From: Octopus sinensis
Lineage: Eukaryota
Assembly (NCBI RefSeq): GCF_006345805.1
Contig: NC_043006.1
Span: forward strand, 79,608,001 to 79,672,000
Direction of reading: 5' to 3'
DNA length: 64,000 nt
Part shown: positions 1 through 12,620 of the stretch, in pieces
How the letters are laid out: every line of letters starts with the position of its first letter
Numbering within the stretch: position 1 is the stretch's first letter
Made by a program: the position numbers and the translations under genes
The notes under the pieces: model-generated
Told to the model about the DNA's origin: nothing
The model's input: only the letters and a program-made list of their open reading frames with translations
The model's database searches: none

Positions 1-1449
1 GATTTTCATGGAATATTAGAAATAAAGGACATTCATTTATAACAATCATGGAGTGGGAGGCAAGGGATACAGACACACACAGCTTCTTTCAGTTTCTGTC
101 TACTAAACCCATTCACAAGACTTTGGTTGCCCTGTGGTTAAAGTGGAAACCATGTGGTTATGAAGCAAACTTCTTAATTACATGGTGACACCTGCACCTA
201 AGAGAAAGGAAAACTTAAACGAACCACCAATCAATACTTTAAAAAAATCATTAAAAAGTAGTCAAATTATCTAACAATCTTTGACACAAAACACTTAAAT
301 TAACTGAGCAGATATGTATCAACCTCTGGCTGAACAATCAGTGAGTTTATATTATGTTACCAACACTGTAACGTGCCAAACAGTTACATGTCACCTAGGT
401 CACCTAGCTGTAAACAGTAATGATGTATAGGTAAAGTACACTGCTATAGAAATAAATGTTAAGTGTCTTGCTAGCTTATGGCACCGAGTTCAAATGCAAC
501 CATGGTTATAACTTAGGAAGCGAAAAGGTTAAGCGTAGCTGATTTGCATTAAATACATTAAATACAAGTTGAAAATTTCTATGGTACCTAAATACCTGTA
601 TGGTCTATAAATTTTATCACAATAACAGAATCATATTAAAGAATATAAGACAAGGTTTATAGTCCTATGCTTACAGTAATATGCTATCACTAAGTCCAAT
701 CACAGCTGTTAAATCAACAAACCCAAAACCATTGAGTTCATTGTAGTCTAGCAGCACTAAAAATGATGGCAGAAGCTGTCATTGTCCCTCACAGGATGAC
801 AGAGAAATACCAGGTTGGAAAACTGATGTGAGCTGTCAGTGTCTTTACCCTTCAGCTTTTAAACCAGCCACATTCCAGCCTAAATATTCTACATTGTTTT
901 ATTTTCAAACTAGCCAGACCTCTCTCAGACTCTTCTTCATGCTACAGCTGACATATTCACTTGGGATGATGAAAGTGCAGCTACTAACCAAACTTCTGCA
1001 TGCCAAAATGACAAAATTCTGTTGGATTATCCATCAGCAGGCACCCAGATATGTCAACATCCACCACAAAAATCTCTTACATTCCAACAAAACAGACACT
1101 GACAGCAAACACTTTTATGGTTTCTTTGTGGCATAAAACCAAAACCAAATTATTGACTCTCCAATTCACATCCATGATGTTAGAGACCAAAATCCTAATC
1201 CAATTCACCTCTTCCTCACTACAAGCCCTAATATTTGTCCAGCAATTATTATCTCTTTTTGGTAGATTAGTACCAAAAATGTTTAATAGTGGTTGTTTCT
1301 TGTATACAGAGCAAAGAATTTTCTTTAATGTGTCATTCCATCTAAAGTGATTTGTAAAAGATTTCATTCTCTCTTGGCCAACATTTCCAAGACACCAACC
1401 TAGTTTATCTTTCCGCTATCATTGTGAAATTCCTGATCTTCATTCTATT

Positions 1450-2384
1450 TTAACCCTTTAGCATTTAAACTGGCCTGTTCAAACCAGCCAGATCTAGCCT
1501 CTCACACCTAACCTATGATGCCATTTTAAAAATAATCAATCACACCATCAAAATAGCAAAAGTTGTGAGATAATGTATGATTTAATTCAAAACAACATGA
1601 ATAAGTAAGCATTATATATAGTTTCCTTGTTTGAATAAACTCTTACCATCTTGTATTCACACTTGAGTTCATATGGGTCTGCTACATCACATCTGTTGCC
1701 ACAGTAGTGGCTAGAATTGAGAATTCATTCTTCCATTGAAAAAAAATTCCAGTTACTGTATGGTATCTCCATAACAGCTAGATCCACTGGAAAATGGTAT
1801 TCTGCTCCCACATACATGCAAGTTCCTTCGAAGATCTTGACAGAATGCAAAAACTAAATGCATAGTATAGCTGGTGATGATGGGCTTTTATTTGTTTATT
1901 TTTTTGACTCCAACAAAACGTCTTAAGTCTAATTCTTTTTCATAACTTCTTTAGCATTCAGATTACTCTGTCAAATACAATGCATATTTCACATTGATTT
2001 GAATTAACCAGTCGTGCATTCAGATTTCATCACCAAATGTAATGGTTATTTATTCACATTGTTTTAAATTTATCCTGCATCTTCTTGCAGCTTTGAGATT
2101 TCAATGAGGTGATTGCTTATTTTTAGACTAACATTGTAGAGTAGGTGTGAGAGGCTGGAGCTGGCCTGTTTTTACATAAAGCAGATGGAATATTTTGGCT
2201 AGATATGGCTGGTTTAAATGCTAAAGGATTAATCATGCCTTACCTCATATTTTTGAGATTTCAAAGATATCATTCATCATTTTTAGAATGACATTGTGGA
2301 GGTATAAGAGGCCAGATCAATATGAACCTAAAACAGATAGAACATTTGGGCCAGATATGGCCAGTTTAAATTCTAAAGGGTTAA
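1450..2384. mobile_element. Cluster of three TTAA-flanked piggyBac-like MITE copies (first inverted relative to the other two)
   Basis: Termini ttaaccctttagca...tgctaaagggttaa. Copies ~1450-1617, ~1943-2232 and ~2240-2384 share internal sequence with copies at 12404 and 19656. Confidence 0.7.
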
Positions 2385-3614
2385 ATGTCTATAATTCCCT
2401 AATCTCACCATTCTAGGAATTTACTATCAGAGTTCAGTTTGCCAATGTCAGTGAATCACATCAGGTTTCCAGGATATCTCACAGACATGCTGCATGTTTC
2501 ATACACAAATTCACTCAACAACAATAACAACAACAACAACAACAACAACTGAACTGTAGAATAAATTCTCTTTCCATTGTTTTCCTGCAGATCACAACCT
2601 TGATCTTTTAAAATCCAGGATTAACAAGTACATTGCCTAATGTTGGCAGTTTCCTTCAATATAATATTTTTATCTCTTCTATCATGACAATCTCACATTA
2701 TTAGTTTCTTGATTATCATCTCATTTACAGTATATTTTATTGTCATCATTATCTTTTCTCATCAGTTCTTTCATTATCTTCTCATTCTATTTCATTTAAA
2801 TATTTTTCCTCCCCTATTTTATAACTATTGTTTCTTTGGTATCTTGAATATTAACGCATATAGAGATTTTATGGCATTAATGCCATACTGCTTTTTCCTT
2901 AAAAGTATCCAAGCTTTGCATGAGGTGATATTGAATAAATAATTATAAAAAAAAGCCACTCATTATTGACCTGCTGTTTAATTCATAATCTTGTTTGGTT
3001 TGAACCATTCAGAAATAAATCACAAAAGGATTATTGCTATAAGCTATGATTTTCAAATAGCCCATGTTAAATATTATGCAATTCACTCAAGCATTATCTA
3101 AGTAATTATCTCCTACAGGAATAAAACAAGAGATCATAAGTGATAATATGAAAGTAGAAAATATCTAAGCTTCAGTGTAGTCTAATATAAACCATAGTGA
3201 ATATTCCTATGTCCTTTAGCTCACCTGCTTTGCACTGTTCAATTATTACTATTATTATTTAATAATTAACATAATCAAAGGTGGTAGTATGGCAGAAAGA
3301 ATAGAATGCCCTTACAGATTTTAATTAGTTTCTAAAATTCCCACGAGAACCAACTTTGTCTTTCATCTATCTTTGATCAATAAATAAGTACCAATACAAT
3401 AATGGTAATCAATTCAATTTATCATACTAACCATCCTACACAGTTGTGGCTTGTGTCAATGTAAGAAATCAATATTCAGGGCAATGATGCTGAGTGGTGA
3501 GTACCATAGAGTGATTAGTAAGTTCCCAGTGAGCTAGTACCCAAAACAATTCCAAATTCTTGGTTTACAGTCACACAATTTCCCACATCTCTGCTACACA
3601 CATGGTATTGTACA

Positions 3615-4500
3615 TCATCATCACTGTCGTCGTCGTTTAACGTCCACTTTCCATGCTAGCATGGGTTGGACGGTTTGACTGTGGGTTGGCGAACCAGATG
3701 GCTGCACCAGGCTCCAGTCTTGATCTGGCAGAGTTTCTACAGCTGGATGCCCTTCCTAACGCCAACCACTCTGAGAGTGTAGTGGGTGCTTTTACATGCC
3801 ACCGGCATGGGGGCCAGTCAGGCGGTACTGGCAATGACCTCGCTCAAATATTTTACACATGCCAACGGCACAGGTGCCAGTAAGGCGATGCTGGTAGCGA
3901 TCCCGCACGAATGGTGCCTCCTACATGCCACCGGCACGGAAGCCAGTTAGCTGCTCTGGCAACAATCACGCTCGGATGGTGCTCTTAGCACCCTACTAGT
4001 ACAGTGGTGCCTCCTACATGCCACCGGCACGGAAGCCAGTTAGCCGCTCTGGCAATGATCACACTCGGATGGTGCTCTTAGCACCCTACTAGTACAGTGG
4101 TGCCTCCTACATGCCACCGGCACAGAAGCCAGTTAGCCGCTCTGGCAACGATCACACTCGGATGGTACTCTTAGCACCCTACTAGTACAGTGGTGCCTCC
4201 TACATGCCACCGGCACAGAAGCCAGTTAGCCGCTCTGGCAACGATCACGCTCGGATGGTACTCTTAGCACCCTACTTGTACAGTGGTGCCTCCTACATGC
4301 CACCGGCACGGAAGCCAGTTAGCCGCTCTGGCAATGATCACACTCGGATGGTGCTCTTAGCACCCCTACTAGCACGGGGCACAAGTGCCAGTAAGGCAAA
4401 GCTGGCAACGATCACACTCGAATGGTGCCTTTTATGTGCCACATGCACGAAAGCCGGTTAGCCGCTCTGTCAACGATCATGCTCATATGGTGCTCGTGCT
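3615..4500 (-). mobile_element. RTE LINE 3' UTR / tail fragment with (GAT)n tail and internal tandem array
   Basis: Contains ggttggcgttaggaagggcatccagctgtagaaac...catgctagcatggaaag(c/t)ggacgttaaacga(tga)n on the minus strand. The same tail ends the RTE LINE at 31321-34395, and more than a dozen copies occur in the window. Confidence 0.8.
3913..4375. repeat. 93-bp minisatellite, ~5 copies
   Basis: gtggtgcctcctacatg recurs at 4004, 4097, 4190 and 4283 (period 93). Explains repetitive ORF 4204-4461. Confidence 0.92.
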
Positions 4501-4911
4501 CATCATCGAATTACATAAATAGAAAAACACTATTTAGTCACTAATGTATTTATATTGTTTTCCCAGTAAAAATTATGCACACTCTGATCTCTTCAATTAG
4601 ACAGTGCAATGTGCAACCAAGCAAAAAACACACTGCATACTGAAATTAAATAAGACCTCACTCCTCACATATAACGTCTTGACTTTCAGAGTGAAACTCA
4701 AGACGTTCACCTAATAGGTAAGAAAAAAACTCCCAACTAAAATTGCCCCCCACTAGCTTACCTGTTTAATGAGTTTTCCTTTCTCTGTGCATCTTGTATA
4801 ATTATTCTGCTGTTTATGATTCTCTGAGCCTCTTACGAAAGGAGTAATATCAGTATTGCCCTCAATTTTAGTACAAATACCCTGGTTGGTCCAAAGCATT
4901 ATTTCTGCAAA

Positions 4912-5520
4912 TCATCATCATCCTTCAACCAACCTATAGTTGGTTGGAACTCCATTGACAATCCCCTTCCACACCACACGATCCTGCATTGCTGTGGTCA
5001 GATCTCTAATATCCAGCCCTGAGTACCGAGTTATATCCAGGCAAGATTATATCTGGAATTGTCAGTTTCCTGGAGAAAACACTTCCAGAGGGATGCCATA
5101 GCACAGGGATGACATAACCTCTTTCTCTGCTTGATGACAGTGGCCAGCAAATTGTAGCCATTTCTGCTTTAGCTTGAGGGATACTGGCATCAGATTTCCA
5201 TAGATGTTACTAAGTGTTGGGTGTGATCTCCAACTGATGTTCTGTATCTTTCTGAGCAGGTTGGTGTACGTTCCACTTAATTGTTTTTCTAAGAGAGTCG
5301 ATAAGGTCCAGGTCTAAATATTTTAACTTTTAACATGGGTGGAAGGTTCAAGTGCCAGATCTTATCAAGTCTGTTACATGCAAACCAAGCAAGAGCTTTG
5401 CACGTGTAAAAGTCCTTTTAGGGGTCTACTATGTGTGATCCAAGATATTTGAAGATATCAACGTTTTTGATTGATATATTATTGAGCGATTTAAGTTCAA
5501 TTAACTTGGAGGAGGTCGTG
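4912..5520 (-). mobile_element. RTEX-like non-LTR retrotransposon 3' fragment (degenerate)
   Basis: Minus translation VDIFKYLGSHI..KALAWFACNRLDKIWHLNL..LKVKIFR / GTYTNLLRKIQNISWRSHPT..KWLQFAGHC / DLTTAMQDRVVWKGIV, with stops and frameshifts. Ends in a (TGA)n tail at ~4912-4921. Confidence 0.75.
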
Positions 5521-8500
5521 ATAAATAATCTAACTACATAAGAAGACCAGCCAATGAGGGAGCCTTAACATGGTCCAGTGACATACTAGAAGCAGCAGTC
5601 AACTCTCCTCAATTACAACTTCCAGTTTTAAAAATAGATAACGTAATCCTAGACACCCATCTTTAAATTGAAAGTCATAGCTGGATGACCTTTGACCTTA
5701 CATTAACCCAATTACAGCAGATGTAGGAGTGGGGTGGAAACACAAGCCTAAGACTGTACCAAGTGGTGGTGTTCCATCACTATTGGTACTAAAAACTTCG
5801 AAACTACCAGAAGAGAAAAGAAAGAAATCAAATGACAGGAGAGAAAGGCACAACAAAATCAACCTCATCCTCCACCATGCAGCCAATGTCATCAACTCTT
5901 TTATGCAAGAATTGGTCTACAGAGTCACCAACGCCATCACCATAAAGGAAACACTCAGCAAAGAAGAAACTAAGTTCTTAGACATGAGATAAAGCTGACG
6001 ACAATATATACATACAGAAACATAATTACAAAAAGACTCCTTCTGGTTTCCATCAACCAAATCCACTTGCAAGACTTTGGTTGGCCTGGATCCATAAAGG
6101 ACACTTGCTCAAGGTGCCATGCTCATGGAACCAGGAAACGTGGTTGGGAAGCATGCGATTGCATGCATAAATCTGTGTTTGTGTCACCTTGTCTTGATAT
6201 AGCATGATAGTTGTAAAGGAGAGTTACCGTCATACAGTGTTGTCGTTCATCTCTAATATTCTGAAAAAAAAAATGCCTGGCAATGGGGAAAATACTACTT
6301 TGCTTGGAAACATGCATCACTCTATACTGCATTTGCTTATTTTATTTGTATTTGGGGACCAAGAGGACTCGTTATTTCCTGTTTAAACACATCAAACAGA
6401 GAAAGAACCGCATGAGAGAAGGCATTACAGATATGACAATTATTTTCTATTCATCTATTTACTATAAAATTACTATATTTCTTCTGTAAAATTATTATCA
6501 ATAATGCACAACAGGCTTCAGTAAACACAGGTGCCTCTGGTCAATATATTTGCTTGAGTTGTCATTGTAACCTTGCACAACTTCTCATGACAACATGGCT
6601 ACATCAAGCTGAAAATACTGGTTCTCATCTACTCACTAAAGTTGCAATCAAAAGATACCAAGTTTCAGCCTATTGCAGGACACCATAGCCTCATGCAGAT
6701 TGAAGCTTTGTAAGTGAAACTAAGTTGATGGAAACTCTATGGAAGACTGTTAGTGCCAGCCTTGTCACACAGTGTTATGCTGATTCTACTGGAAGATTAA
6801 TGCTAATGACACACATGTAACTGTGGAATACTCAACCACTTAGGTGCCAGTTCAACAACCAAATAATTCAGTTGATCAAACAATAGAATTTCCCATCATC
6901 AAAACCAACAGAAATCCATTGTCTCTGAATAATTATTTTCTGGCTCACTGGCTAACATGGTCATAGATTTAAACTTATATTACACCCATTATGTTTTGTC
7001 TCTGAAAAACTGTTTCCATCATAGATGCAGGCATAGCTGTGTGATAAAATTTGCTTCCCAACCACATCGTTTCAGGTTTTTGTAACCTTGGACAAGTGTC
7101 TCCTGTAATAGCTTGGTAAATCAGTGCGCTGCAAGTGGATTTGGTAAATGAAAACTCAAAGAAGCCCATTGAATGTATATGTAAAAATGTGTATGTGAGA
7201 GGGTATGCACATGTTTGTGTCTTCTAGTCTTGACATCATATGATAGTTGTAAATGACTGTCAGTCATAACGAAGTGTCATGCATTTCCAATAATATCCTG
7301 TGAAAACATGTCTGGCCAACCCATGCAGAAATGGAAAAGTGACAGTAATTAAAATGTTGACAGTAATGATAATATGATGATGATGACAATGGTCAGCAAA
7401 CCTAGCTGATGTCACTGTGACAGGATTAACCATTGTTATGACATCCTGCATAAATTTTTGTCTTGGCATTACACAAATGACAAAATTTGCAAAATCCCTC
7501 CTTGCAGTTGGCATAGAGAGGAGGGAGTAGTCCCAGCAGAATTGTCAACTCAACAATATATATACATGTGATTAATTACTTAACAGTTTTTATGTCAATG
7601 CACTAAAGCATAAATATCATTTCATGTAAATCATTCAGAAATTTTTCTGATGACAAAGGATTACATGAATTTTCCATATTTATGACCCAGATAGCAGTAC
7701 ACAGAATACAGACTTTCTATAGGATGATATTTGCTAAAATAGCTAACATGGTAGATAGAATGTTTTAATGTTTATTCTGGGCCTCTAAATTTAAATCCAG
7801 CTAAGGGCAATCATCATCATCATTGCCACCGTCGTTTAACATCCGTTTTCCATGCTAGCATGGGTTGAATGGTTTGACTGAGGTCTGGAAAGCCAGTGGC
7901 TACACCAGGCTCTAATCTGATCTGACAACGTTTCTACAGTTGGATGCCCTTCTTAATGCCAACCACTTTGAGAATGTAGTGGGTGCTTTTTACATGTCAC
8001 CGGCACAGGAGCCAGTCAGGTGACCCTGGCATCAATCACGTTCAGATAGTACTTTTTATATGCCACCGGCACAGGAGCCAGTCAGATGGCACTGGCATCG
8101 ACCACGTTCAGATGGTGCTTTTATTTCTTTCTCTTTCTCTTCAACAAAAAAATCAGATCTTTTCAATCTTGAATGGGTTCTGCAAGACACTGCATATGTC
8201 ATGTACCCCTACATCTCTATAAGAAGTTAAGGCTATCATTGCTTGTTACTTATATCATCCCAGGGAGGGTTCTGGTGCGACTGCATCACCAATGATCTAA
8301 TACAGTTATAATTGATTTAATTTCAATTTTCTCCCATGTGTATATTCTTGTATTTTTTTTTCAATTATTTCAGTCATTGGACTGTGACCATGCCTTAATT
8401 TGATCCCACTACTTATTTTAAATCTGGCTTTTAATCTATTGGTTTCTTTCTGCTGGACTGCTAACTTATGAGGACATAAACAAACCTACACAGGTTAAGC

Positions 8501-8879
8501 AATGAGAAACAAAAATGAAGGCAATCACACAAACACACTCTCATCTCTCTCACTATATATATATATATAGTGTGTGTGATCGTTACCAGCATCGCCTTAC
8601 TGGCACCTGTGCCGGTGGCATGTGTAAAAAGATTCGAGCGAGGTCATTGCCAGTACCGCCTGACTGGACACCCTGCCGGTGGCATGTAAAAGCACCCACT
8701 ACACTCTTGGAGTGGTTGGCGTTAGGAAGGGCATCCAACTGTAGAAACTCTGCCAGATCAAGATTGGAGCCTGGTGCAGCCATCTGGTTCGCCAGCCCTC
8801 AGTCAAATCGTCCAACCCATGCTAGCATGGAAAGCGGACGTTAAACAATGATAATGATGATGATGATATATAGTCTCAA

Positions 8880-9158
8880 GCGAAGTGAAAGTCTAGGCAT
8901 GATTGTTCATGGAAGACCAGCAGTTGCCCGTGCATACCAACCTCTGCTCTTCATACCACCAATGTTATCCAAGGGAAAGGCAAAGACTGATACAGCTTGG
9001 TGCCAGTGATGTCACAACTCATTTCTGTAGCTGAGTGAACTGGAGCAACGTAAAATAAAGTGTCTTGCTCAAAAACACAACACATGGCCCAGTCCAAAAA
9101 TCGAACTCACTACCTCATGATTGTGAGCCCAATGCTCTAACCACTGAGCCATGCGCAT
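8880..9158 (-). mobile_element. tRNA-derived SINE (further partial copies ~54280-54420, ~60980-61120)
   Basis: Minus head tggctcagtggttagagc (A box) ... gagttcgatt (B box), followed by ttgagcaagacactttatttt-type central domain. Confidence 0.7.
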
Positions 9159-9571
9159 TTTTTAATACATATATACATATACACATACTTTATAAACACT
9201 TTTGCCGGTGACATGTGTCACTAGTACCGCCTGACTGGCCCTTGTGCCGGTGGCATGTAAAAGCACCCCAGACACTCTCAAAGCGGATGGCATCCAGCTG
9301 TAGAAACTCAGCCAGATCAGATTGGAGCCTGGTGCAGCCATCTGGCTCGCCAATCCTCAATTAAACCGTCCAACCCATGCTAGCATGGAAAGCAGACATT
9401 AAAGATGATGATGATTATATATATATTGGCACGTAAAAAGCACCCACTACACTCACGGAGTGGTTGGCGTTAGGAAGGGCATCCAGCCCAGTAGAACCGT
9501 CCAACCCATGCTAGCATGGAAAACGGACGCTAAATGATGATGATGATGATGATGATATATATATATATATA

Positions 9572-10208
9572 TTGCCAAGTCTGTCCGTAAACGAAGTGAT
9601 CCCAAGATAAGAAATCTTTGAACTTTAATTCATCCGTATCTCTATTTATTATTATTATTATTTATTAATTATTATTATTCTGATCCCCCTAGTCGCCACT
9701 CTGTTTACTATTTCAGCCTCGCCTCGTTTTTGCATATTCTGTATAATTCACTAGTTATCGTTATAGATATTTAAGATCTATCTCCCTTACAGGGCTGATT
9801 AGAAATTGGCTGCCGATTCTTCGCGGGGTTTTTCTCTTCCCTTCTCTCCCCCTCTTTTTACATTGTCGTCTGTCTGGACTCCTCTCTTCCTACCCCTCGC
9901 CATGGCTATGCATACTTAAGCTAGTAACCTGCCTCATTCTTGATTCCGAATTCCTTTTGCCAAGTCTGTCCGTAAACGAAGTGATCCCAAGATAAGAAAT
10001 CTTTGAACTTTAATTCATCCGTATCTCTATTTATTATTATTATTTATTAATTATTATTATTCTGATCCCCCTAGTCGCCACTCTGTTTACTATTTCAGCC
10101 TCGCCTCGTTTTTGCATATTCTGTATAATTCACTAGTTATCGTTATAGATATTTAAGATCTATCTCCCTTACAGGGCTGATTAGAAATTGGCTGCCGATT
10201 CTTCGCGG
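9572..10208. repeat. ~255-bp direct repeat pair (9572-9826, 9957-10208) with 130-bp spacer
   Basis: The two copies read as identical from ttgccaagtctgtcc to cttcgcgg except for one extra (att) unit in copy 1. Confidence 0.9.
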
Positions 10209-10282
10209 CGCGCCCGCCCTGCCCACCCCCACCACCAATACGGATATCTCTATTTTGCTCCAACTATACGGATGTCGTTTCT

Positions 10283-10890
10283 CCCACCACCATTATAGGT
10301 GTCTACTCTTTGAACCCCCCTCTTCAATACGCTATTTCACCATGCATTACCCCTCTCTCGATATCCTACGTTCTACTTGCCTAGAACCTGTCCTCTGAAC
10401 CACCCCTCCACTGGTGCTCCCCTATATTCTGCACCCCCCCCCACCACCATTATAGGTGTCTACTCTTTGAACCCCCCTCTTCAATACGCTATTCACCATG
10501 CATTACCCCTCTCTCGATATCCTACGTTCTACTTGCTAGAACCTGTCCTCTGAACCACCCCTCCACTGGTGCTCCCCTATATTTCTGCACCCCCCCCACC
10601 ACCATTATAGGTGTCTACTCTTTGAACCCCCCTCTTCAATATGCTATTTCACCATGCATTACCCCTCTCTCGATATCCTACGTTCTACTTGCCTAGAACC
10701 TGCCCTCTGAACCACCCCTCCACTGGTGCTCCCCTATATTTCTGCACCCCCCCCCACCACGAACCCCCCTCTTCAATACGCTATTTCACCATGCATTACC
10801 CCTCTCTCGATATCCTACGTTCTACTTGCCTAGTACCTGTCCTCTGAACCACCCCTCCACTGGTGCTCCCCTATATTTCTGCACCCCCCC
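10283..10890. repeat. ~155-bp C-rich minisatellite, ~4 copies (last one internally deleted)
   Basis: Unit ccaccaccattataggtgtctactctttgaacccccctcttcaatacgc...cccctatatttctgcacccccc repeated in tandem. Confidence 0.9.
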
Positions 10891-12156
10891 ATAAAAAGCA
10901 CCATCCGAACGTGGCCGATGCCAGACCCCTCTGGCACCTGTGCAGGTGGCACGTAAAAAACACCCACTACACTCGCGGAGTGGTTGGCGTTAGGAAGGGC
11001 ATCCAGCTGTAGAAACACTGCCAGACTAGACTGGAGCCTGGGGCAGTCCCGAGCTCCCCAGACCCCGGTCGAAACCGTCCAACCCGTGCTAGCGCGGAAA
11101 ACGGACGTTAAACGATGATGATGATGATGATGATGATATATATATAAACACACACATATACAACAGGCTTCCACACAGTTTCCATCTACTGAATTCACTC
11201 ATAAGGAATTGGTCTGCTCGGGACTGAACCTGAAACCACATGGTTGCAAAGTGAACTTTTGAATCACAGAGCCATGGCCACACCTATATGGAATTTTTCT
11301 GAATAAATGTTTTAATGAATATCTTTAGCACCATATGTATTTAAAACGGTTCTTAGAGCACCATATGTATTTAAAATGGTTCATAGTCACACCTGCACTT
11401 ATAGTCTTAGGTGTATAATAACTTGCAGTCATTATACACTCAGAGTTCGACTTTGTCTCTTAATCCTTCCCAGGAAAGATAAAGTCAGATAACAGTCAAA
11501 TACTGTGGTTGATTTATCTTCCTCTAATACAGGTTAGATGTAAATAGAGTTCTAATCAAGGTTGGACATAGCTGTGCAGTTAACAATTTCACTTCCCAAC
11601 CACATGGTTTCAGGTTCAATTCATCTGCACTGCACCTTGGATGAATGTATTTAATTACAGCTCTAAGTGAGCAAATTTGGTAGACAGAAATGGAAAGACG
11701 CCAGTCGTGTGTGTGTGTGTGTAAAAGAGCGTTTCCCTGTTGTGACAACGTATAATGGTTGTAAAACAAATATCACTAACATACAAGCAATTCTGTTCTT
11801 TTCCAACTTTCCATATAAACATGTCTGGCTATAGGGAAATAATATTATCTGGCTTGGAAACAAGTGAGTATTGCCAACAGGAAGAGCACCCAACTTTGCC
11901 TCAACAAATTCCATTTGACCCTTGCAAGCACAAAAATGTAGAAATTAGGACAATGATAATGACTAAAATAACAGAATTAGAAATGCCAGGTAATCATCTA
12001 CAGACAGAGAAAATTTGCCAGTCATTGTACTTCAGAGCAACCAAACTATTTTGTAACAAAAGGCCCATAGAATATAGCACTTTTGAAGGTAGTTTTCACA
12101 TAATTTCACACCCAACTTTCAGGAAATGAAACGAAGAAGTAAAAGGTGTCTCTTAC

Positions 12157-12349
12157 CCAACATGTTTCGTGCAAGTTCAGCAATGGCATCACATACTTTC
12201 CGGCGCACAATAGGATTTTCTTCTTGGTGGATAATATTCATAAGATACGTTTTGATAGCAATTTGAGAGTCAGGCACTAAGCTACCCCAGGCATCGTCAA
12301 ATTTGGATGTGAAGAGCTTCCGCAATAATACAGCTGCCAAAGAGCGATT
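12157..12349 (-). CDS. IPO5: Importin-5 coding exon 3 (N-terminal HEAT repeats)
   Basis: Acceptor tttttctattcttctttccag| then 193 nt encoding NRSLAAVLLRKLFTSKFDDAWGSLVPDSQIAIKTYLMNIIHQEENPIVRRKVCDAIAELARNML+G (human ARQMAAVLLRRL...MRKKVCDIAAELARNLID), then donor |gtaaga, phase 1. Further exons not found in the window. Confidence 0.95.
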
Positions 12350-12403
12350 CTGGAAAGAAGAATAGAAAAAAAGATCTGTTGTTAAAGGTCTCAAAAATTT
12401 ACC

Positions 12404-12620
12404 TTAACCCTTTAGTGTTCAGATTATTCTATCAAACATAATGCCTATTGATTCCCATTGATTTGAATTAATCATGCATTATCTCATATCTTCAAGACAT
12501 TGATGGTGTAATTACTTAATGTAGAATAACATTGTAGGGTAGGTGCGAGAGCCTGGATCTGGTCAGTTTGAACATAAAACAGATTAACTATTTTGGCCGG
12601 TTTAAATACTAAACTGTTAA
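12404..12620 (+). mobile_element. piggyBac-like MITE
   Basis: ttaaccctttagtg...atactaaactgttaa, same family as 1943 and 19656. Lies ~55 nt from the exon 3 acceptor. Confidence 0.7.

Noticed and set aside
828-1367. Three overlapping ~100-aa ORFs
   Set aside because: No recognisable domain, no match to the IPO5 sequence expected next (DEDGNNQWPE..), and no convincing splice-bounded exon.
1641-1790. Minus-strand donor-like gatg|gtaaga as possible IPO5 exon 4
   Set aside because: Open frames upstream (e.g. HYCGNRCDVADPY..) bear no resemblance to importin-5.
3637-3883. Recurrent ORFs with LQLDALPNANHS / RWHVKAPTTL as a multi-copy protein family
   Set aside because: They are chance translations of the non-coding RTE 3' tail, disrupted differently in each copy.
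4755-4910. Minus-strand cag|gtaag with ~50 open codons upstream
   Set aside because: No acceptor or polypyrimidine tract and no IPO5 similarity. The frame begins inside the RTEX tail.
5729-5992. ORF with RRERHNKINLILHH resembling an R4/Dong RHN motif or a bHLH basic region
   Set aside because: Single short motif without the surrounding conserved residues.
3913-10890. Tandem arrays as CRISPR-like repeats
   Set aside because: Units are wholly repeated with no unique spacers, the context is eukaryotic, and there are no cas genes.
11755-12129. 124-aa plus-strand ORF next to exon 3
   Set aside because: No motif. Antisense intronic sequence overlapping repeat remnants.
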